Shown here: piece after piece, positions 56,865 to 64,000 of the stretch
How the letters are laid out: every line of letters begins with the position of its first letter
How positions within the stretch are numbered: the first letter of the stretch is position 1
Source: Nitrospirota bacterium
GTDB lineage: Bacteria; Nitrospirota; UBA9217
Assembly: GCA_963663225.1 (NCBI GenBank)
Contig: OY760142.1
Coordinates: 1,152,001-1,216,000 of the forward strand
Direction of reading: 5' to 3'
DNA length: 64,000 bases
Notes under the pieces: model-generated
What the model saw: only the letters and a program-made list of their open reading frames with translations
What the model was told of the DNA's origin: nothing
The model's database searches: none
Translations under genes and position numbers: made by a program

Positions 56865-56923
56865 TTGGCAATACAGGCTGATATTTTACGCTCTCAAATT
56901 ACCCTGCGTTAACGTCCTGCCGG

Positions 56924-57430
56924 TTATTTAGACACTCCGCCCGCGAACTGGAGGCTAATCTGCTCATGCAGAAAGGGGTGAATGCCGGGATGCATCGCAA
57001 AGAGCCATCCTCTCCACTCTTTCTTTCCGTCTTCGCTCACAAGCAGTTGCACCGCAGGATTATTCGACTTGTTGGAAACGGAGGTAATTGTGCGATCATT
57101 CATGGTAAAGTCCGGCAAAAAAACCAGGACTTTGATCGTCACCTTGCGTTTTGTGTTCGGCACAGTCACGCTTGATCCAATCGGAATTGTATATTCTTGC
57201 GATGCCTGTGTTGTCTTATCTGCAATGACAAGTTTTGCAGCTGTCCACGTCGCCGCAACTTCTTTCGGAACGATGACTGCACGCTCTTTTTTTTGCAAGC
57301 CGGGCATCTCGGCGGGTATGCCCATCTGCAATGTTGAATTATATGCGGGTGACGGCTCTTCTTTTTTTTTGCAACCGGCAAGCCAGAAAATCAGCCCGCC
57401 TGCAAGAAAAACAGAAAGCAGCTTTCTCAA
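56924..57430 (-). CDS. Lipoprotein, DUF2155-like
   Basis: Lipobox LAGC; FLPDF.M...TS.SN...NPA and GWLFA..P..HPF.H. Confidence 0.7.
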   Translation of the reverse strand: MRKLLSVFLAGGLIFWLAGCKKKEEPSPAYNSTLQMGIPAEMPGLQKKERAVIVPKEVAATWTAAKLVIADKTTQASQEYTIPIGSSVTVPNTKRKVTIKVLVFLPDFTMNDRTITSVSNKSNNPAVQLLVSEDGKKEWRGWLFAMHPGIHPFLHEQISLQFAGGVSK

Positions 57431-57521
57431 GATCGCGCTTCCTCCGTTTTTACTTCAGTCCGCTATCCTTATGGTGCGTTCTTGGGGCGGCTTTCAGCCG
57501 TGCGCCTCTATGAAACTAAAA

Positions 57522-57611
57522 TGGCGGAGAGGCCGGGATTCGAACCCGGGGTGGAGTTTCCCCCACAACTGCTTAGCAGGCAGCTGCCTTCAGCCGCTCG
57601 GCCACCTCTCC
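57522..57611 (-). tRNA. tRNA-Ser(GCT)
   Basis: GCTGC-CTGCTAA-GCAGT arm, long variable arm. Confidence 0.95.
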
Positions 57612-57672
57612 GTTCCGTCCTGAACCACTGCTGTTTGAGCCGAAAAAATAGGCTCACTATTCATGTATTGTA

Positions 57673-57758
<86 letters not shown>

Positions 57759-57777
57759 GTTACAGGCTTGTGAGCTG

Positions 57778-59097
<1,320 letters not shown>

Positions 59098-59886
59098 TCA
59101 ATATTTTTTCTTGATAATCCTCGTTTCAAGCGCATGAATCTTGATTTGAATTGCTTCGCGATTAGGATACTCCGGTTCAATTTCTCGGTAAAGAGTAAGT
59201 GCTTCGCTCAGGCTGTCCTCTGCCTCAAGACATCCTGCCAGTGAAAATTTTGCTTTGAGCGCCAGCTCCTTGTCCGTATTATTCTCAAGCGATTTCCGGT
59301 AAAAAGATTTGGCCTTTTCAATATCGCCCTTCGATAAGGCCGCGGTCCCCAGCCTGAAATAGGCTAATCGCGACTGCGGTCCGTTCGGAAACGTCGTTAC
59401 CTGTTGCGTCCAGGTAGAGCGGGCATCCTCAATTTTTCCGACGCGGAACAGGCATTCCGCAAGACCGTACAGACTTTTTTCCTGCACCTCCCGATTTGAG
59501 TAGCCGACTGCTTTTTGATACTCCTCAATGGCCTGTTCGTAGTCATTGTATCCGAGTTCATAAATTTGTGCAATATACCATTGTGCGTGAGGAGCCATGT
59601 CCCGGTTTGGATATCGTTTTAAAAGCAACCGCAGCGTTTGAAGCGCCTTCTCCGTTTCTCCCAAATAGAGGAACTGCGTTACGCCGGCCCAATACAAGGC
59701 GTCATCCGCCTTAGAGCTGTTGGGGTGCTCCTTGACAAGGGTAAAATACATTGAAACCGCGGTCTGATAATCTCCGGCGTTCCACCGTTTGGTTGCCGTT
59801 TCAAATTCATTGATTGCCGCTTTATCGAAAACATCACATCCTGCCAGAATCAGCACCAGCAGGAAACCAATCAGAAGCCTTTTCAT
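59098..59886 (-). CDS. TPR lipoprotein (BamD/CpoB-like repeats)
   Basis: Lipobox LAGC; repeated ..YP.S..A..A TPR units. Confidence 0.75.
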   Translation of the reverse strand: MKRLLIGFLLVLILAGCDVFDKAAINEFETATKRWNAGDYQTAVSMYFTLVKEHPNSSKADDALYWAGVTQFLYLGETEKALQTLRLLLKRYPNRDMAPHAQWYIAQIYELGYNDYEQAIEEYQKAVGYSNREVQEKSLYGLAECLFRVGKIEDARSTWTQQVTTFPNGPQSRLAYFRLGTAALSKGDIEKAKSFYRKSLENNTDKELALKAKFSLAGCLEAEDSLSEALTLYREIEPEYPNREAIQIKIHALETRIIKKKY

Positions 59887-62375
59887 ATCTGGTTTCCATC
59901 CTTGGCGGATGGTGGTTCTTCGATATTCCTTTCCGGGGAGGCCTCTTTTTCATCGTCGCGCTCTACCACTTTAGCAAAGCTGACAACTTTATCTCCTTCA
60001 TCAATATCGAAGAGACGGACCCCCTGCGTGTTTCTTCCCTGCACGGAAATGTCCTTTGCCCGAATGCGAAGCACTTTGCCGTTCGCCGTAATGAGAAGAA
60101 TCTCATCATCCTCCGAAATCTGTGCAATACCGGTCACTCTGCCGTTTTTTTCTGTAATTTTGATGGTAATAATACCTTTCCCGCCCCGCCCCTGGCTCCG
60201 GTAGTCTTCCAGAGTGCTCCGCTTGCCATAACCGTTTTCAGTCACGGTAAGAATGGTGGAGTCGTCACGCACAATTTCCATGCCGACAACCTCATTCTTC
60301 TCGTCAAGCCGGATTCCGATCACTCCTTTGCCGGTCCGTCCGATTTCCCGAACGTCCTTCTCCGAGAATCGAATTGAAAGCCCGTCTCGGGTGCCGAGAA
60401 AAACATCGCGAGAACCGTCCGTTATTTCCGCCGCGATCAACTCATCTTCTTCTTCGAGTGTGATCGCAATAATACCCGACGGTCTCGGGTGACTGTAGGA
60501 TTCCAGTTCCGTTTTTTTGACCGTCCCGTTCTTGGTTGCCATAAGAATAAAGTGCTCCGGTGCAAATTCCCGTATGGGCAGCGCCGCGGTAACCCGTTCA
60601 TCCGGACCAATTTGAATCAGATTCACGATGGCTTTACCCTTGGCCTGCCTGCTTGCTTCCGGAATCTGGTGCACTTTAAGCCAGTACACGCGCCCTTTGT
60701 TGGTGAAGAAAAGAATATAGTTGTGCGCTGTCGCAGTGAAAAGGCGTTCAACAAAATCTTCTTCCTTTGTTTCCATGCCGATTTTGCCCTTGCCGCCCCG
60801 CTTTTGAGCACGGTATGTTGTGAGCGCGTTGCGCTTGATATAGCCTGAGTGGGAGATAGTGATCACCATCTCTTCATCCTTGATCAGGTCTTCAATATCG
60901 ATCTCTGTTGTCGCTGCAACGATTTCTGTCCGTCTTTCGTCGCCATACTCTTGCTTTATCGCGAGAAGTTCTTCTTTGATAATCTTCATGACCAGCGCGT
61001 CAGAAGAAAGAATTTCATTCAGCCGTGCAATTTCCTTCAGCGTTTCTTCATATTCGGCAATGATTTTATCGCGCTCCAGGCCGGTGAGCCGCTGCAGACG
61101 CATGTCGAGGATTGCCTGTGCCTGGATTTCTGAAAGTTTGAATTCGCGGACCAGCCCAGTCTTTGCCTCTTCGGGGCTCGCTGAAGCCTTGATGAGAGCA
61201 ATAACCGCATCAAGGTTCTCAAGCGCAATTTTCAGCCCGAGCAAAATATGGGCGCGTTCTTCGGCTTTTTTGAGATCAAATTTGGTCCTGCGCACGACGA
61301 CTTCTCGTCGGTGCTGGATGAAGTTCCCCAGAAGCCTGCGCAGATTCAGCACCCGGGGCTGGTTGTTTACCAGCGCAAGCATGATCACGCCAAAAGTAGA
61401 TTGCATGGCCGTGTGTTTGTACAGCTGATTTAAAACCACGTGCGAGATCTCGCCTTTTTTGAGATCAATGGCAATGCGCATGCCTTCCCGATCAGACTCG
61501 TCTCGGACTTCTGCTATGCCCATGATTTTCTTTTCCTGGACAAGTTCGGCAATTCGTTCGAGCAGCCGCGCTTTATTTACCTGGTACGGCAGTTCTGTTA
61601 CGATAATGCTTTCACGATCGCCCTTGCCTTCTTCAATCGTCGCGCGGGCGCGCATCTGAATGATACCGCGGCCGGTCATATATGCCTGTCGAAGGCCCTC
61701 GTATCCGTGGATAAAGCCTGCTGTCGGAAAGTCAGGACCCTTAATGGCACTCATAAGCTCCGGGATCGTAACATCGGGATTGTCGATCATCATCAAAAGA
61801 CCGTCAACAACTTCTGACAGGTTGTGCGGAGGAATGTTCGTTGCCATGCCGACGGCGATTCCGGCAGAACCATTAATTAAAAGATTCGGAACCCGTGCCG
61901 GCAACACGGTTGGTTCAGTGGTGGTATCATCAAAATTCGGCACAAAATCAACGGTTTCTTTGTCGATATCCGCCAAAAGTTCTTCCGCAAGTTTCGTAAG
62001 ACGCGCTTCCGTATACCGGTACGCTGCGGCAGGATCGCCGTCCACGGACCCGAAATTACCCTGGCCGTCCACCAGCGGATAGCGCATATTAAAATCCTGC
62101 GCCATTCTGACCATCGTATCGTAGACCGCACTATCTCCGTGCGGATGATATTTCTTCAGAACTTCTCCGACGACGCCTGCGCTTTTTGAATATTTTTTGT
62201 TGTGTAGAATCCCTTCTCGAAACATCGCGTAGAGAATTCTGCGGTGCGCTGGCTTTAGTCCGTCACGAACGTCGGGAAGAGCGCGTCCCACAATTACACT
62301 CATGGAGTAATCGAGATACGCGGTCTTCATTTCCTGTTCAATATTTACCAGAGATTTTATTTCCTGCTGTTCCAT
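59883..62375 (-). CDS. gyrA: DNA gyrase subunit A
   Basis: [19 protein letters not shown], GyrA-box QKRGGKG. Confidence 0.98.
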   Translation of the reverse strand: MEQQEIKSLVNIEQEMKTAYLDYSMSVIVGRALPDVRDGLKPAHRRILYAMFREGILHNKKYSKSAGVVGEVLKKYHPHGDSAVYDTMVRMAQDFNMRYPLVDGQGNFGSVDGDPAAAYRYTEARLTKLAEELLADIDKETVDFVPNFDDTTTEPTVLPARVPNLLINGSAGIAVGMATNIPPHNLSEVVDGLLMMIDNPDVTIPELMSAIKGPDFPTAGFIHGYEGLRQAYMTGRGIIQMRARATIEEGKGDRESIIVTELPYQVNKARLLERIAELVQEKKIMGIAEVRDESDREGMRIAIDLKKGEISHVVLNQLYKHTAMQSTFGVIMLALVNNQPRVLNLRRLLGNFIQHRREVVVRRTKFDLKKAEERAHILLGLKIALENLDAVIALIKASASPEEAKTGLVREFKLSEIQAQAILDMRLQRLTGLERDKIIAEYEETLKEIARLNEILSSDALVMKIIKEELLAIKQEYGDERRTEIVAATTEIDIEDLIKDEEMVITISHSGYIKRNALTTYRAQKRGGKGKIGMETKEEDFVERLFTATAHNYILFFTNKGRVYWLKVHQIPEASRQAKGKAIVNLIQIGPDERVTAALPIREFAPEHFILMATKNGTVKKTELESYSHPRPSGIIAITLEEEDELIAAEITDGSRDVFLGTRDGLSIRFSEKDVREIGRTGKGVIGIRLDEKNEVVGMEIVRDDSTILTVTENGYGKRSTLEDYRSQGRGGKGIITIKITEKNGRVTGIAQISEDDEILLITANGKVLRIRAKDISVQGRNTQGVRLFDIDEGDKVVSFAKVVERDDEKEASPERNIEEPPSAKDGNQI

Positions 62376-62535
62376 GAATAGTATCTTCTCTCTTGTTGTT
62401 CAGCCGTTTTGTGAAGGCCCTCGGCTGCGCCCCTTCCGGCAGGAGCCGGAAGCTTCCTTAACAAATGCGGTCTCCCGCGACGTACTGCATTCCTCCTCCG
62501 GCGAACGGCTTGGTTTTCATGCCGCCGGGACAGCC

Positions 62536-64000
<1,465 letters not shown>

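Noticed and set aside
57470-57510. TGGTGCG and a small hairpin as a tRNA remnant or att site around the lipoprotein gene
   Set aside because: Match too short; no integrase or second repeat

Overview
A 64-kb chromosomal window from an anaerobic Gram-negative bacterium (gene order and proteins look Nitrospirota/Desulfobacterota-like; inference only). Housekeeping blocks: rplM-rpsI-argC, rpsB-tsf-pyrH-frr, and gyrB-gyrA-serS-tRNAs-tadA-ffs-dnaX-ybaB...recR-porCDAB-mglBA. Accessory content: a GntR-linked sugar-acid catabolic cluster with TctABC; [FeFe]-hydrogenase maturases (hydG-aspA-hydF-hydE); an alpha-2-macroglobulin/PBP1C locus; and a CBS-GGDEF cyclase. Two regions stand out. (1) A 5.6-kb AT-rich element is integrated in the 3' end of tRNA-Asn (7-bp TGGCTCC repeats at 33717 and 39343). 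It encodes a large serine recombinase whose C-terminus would be swapped on excision, a Rep_trans initiator with a MOBT-like nick hairpin, and a MerR-family regulator. It also carries a module missing from the ORF track: a candidate ~95-nt sRNA, a 39-aa Arg/Lys-rich peptide, a terminator and an unknown 328-aa cargo gene. (2) A multimeric [FeFe]-hydrogenase operon sits inside the dnaX-ybaB-recR operon behind sigma54- and sigma70-like promoters. Its last gene, an RsbT-like kinase, is fused in frame to RecR, which carries a Toprim E-to-K change. All calls are by eye; no searches were run.
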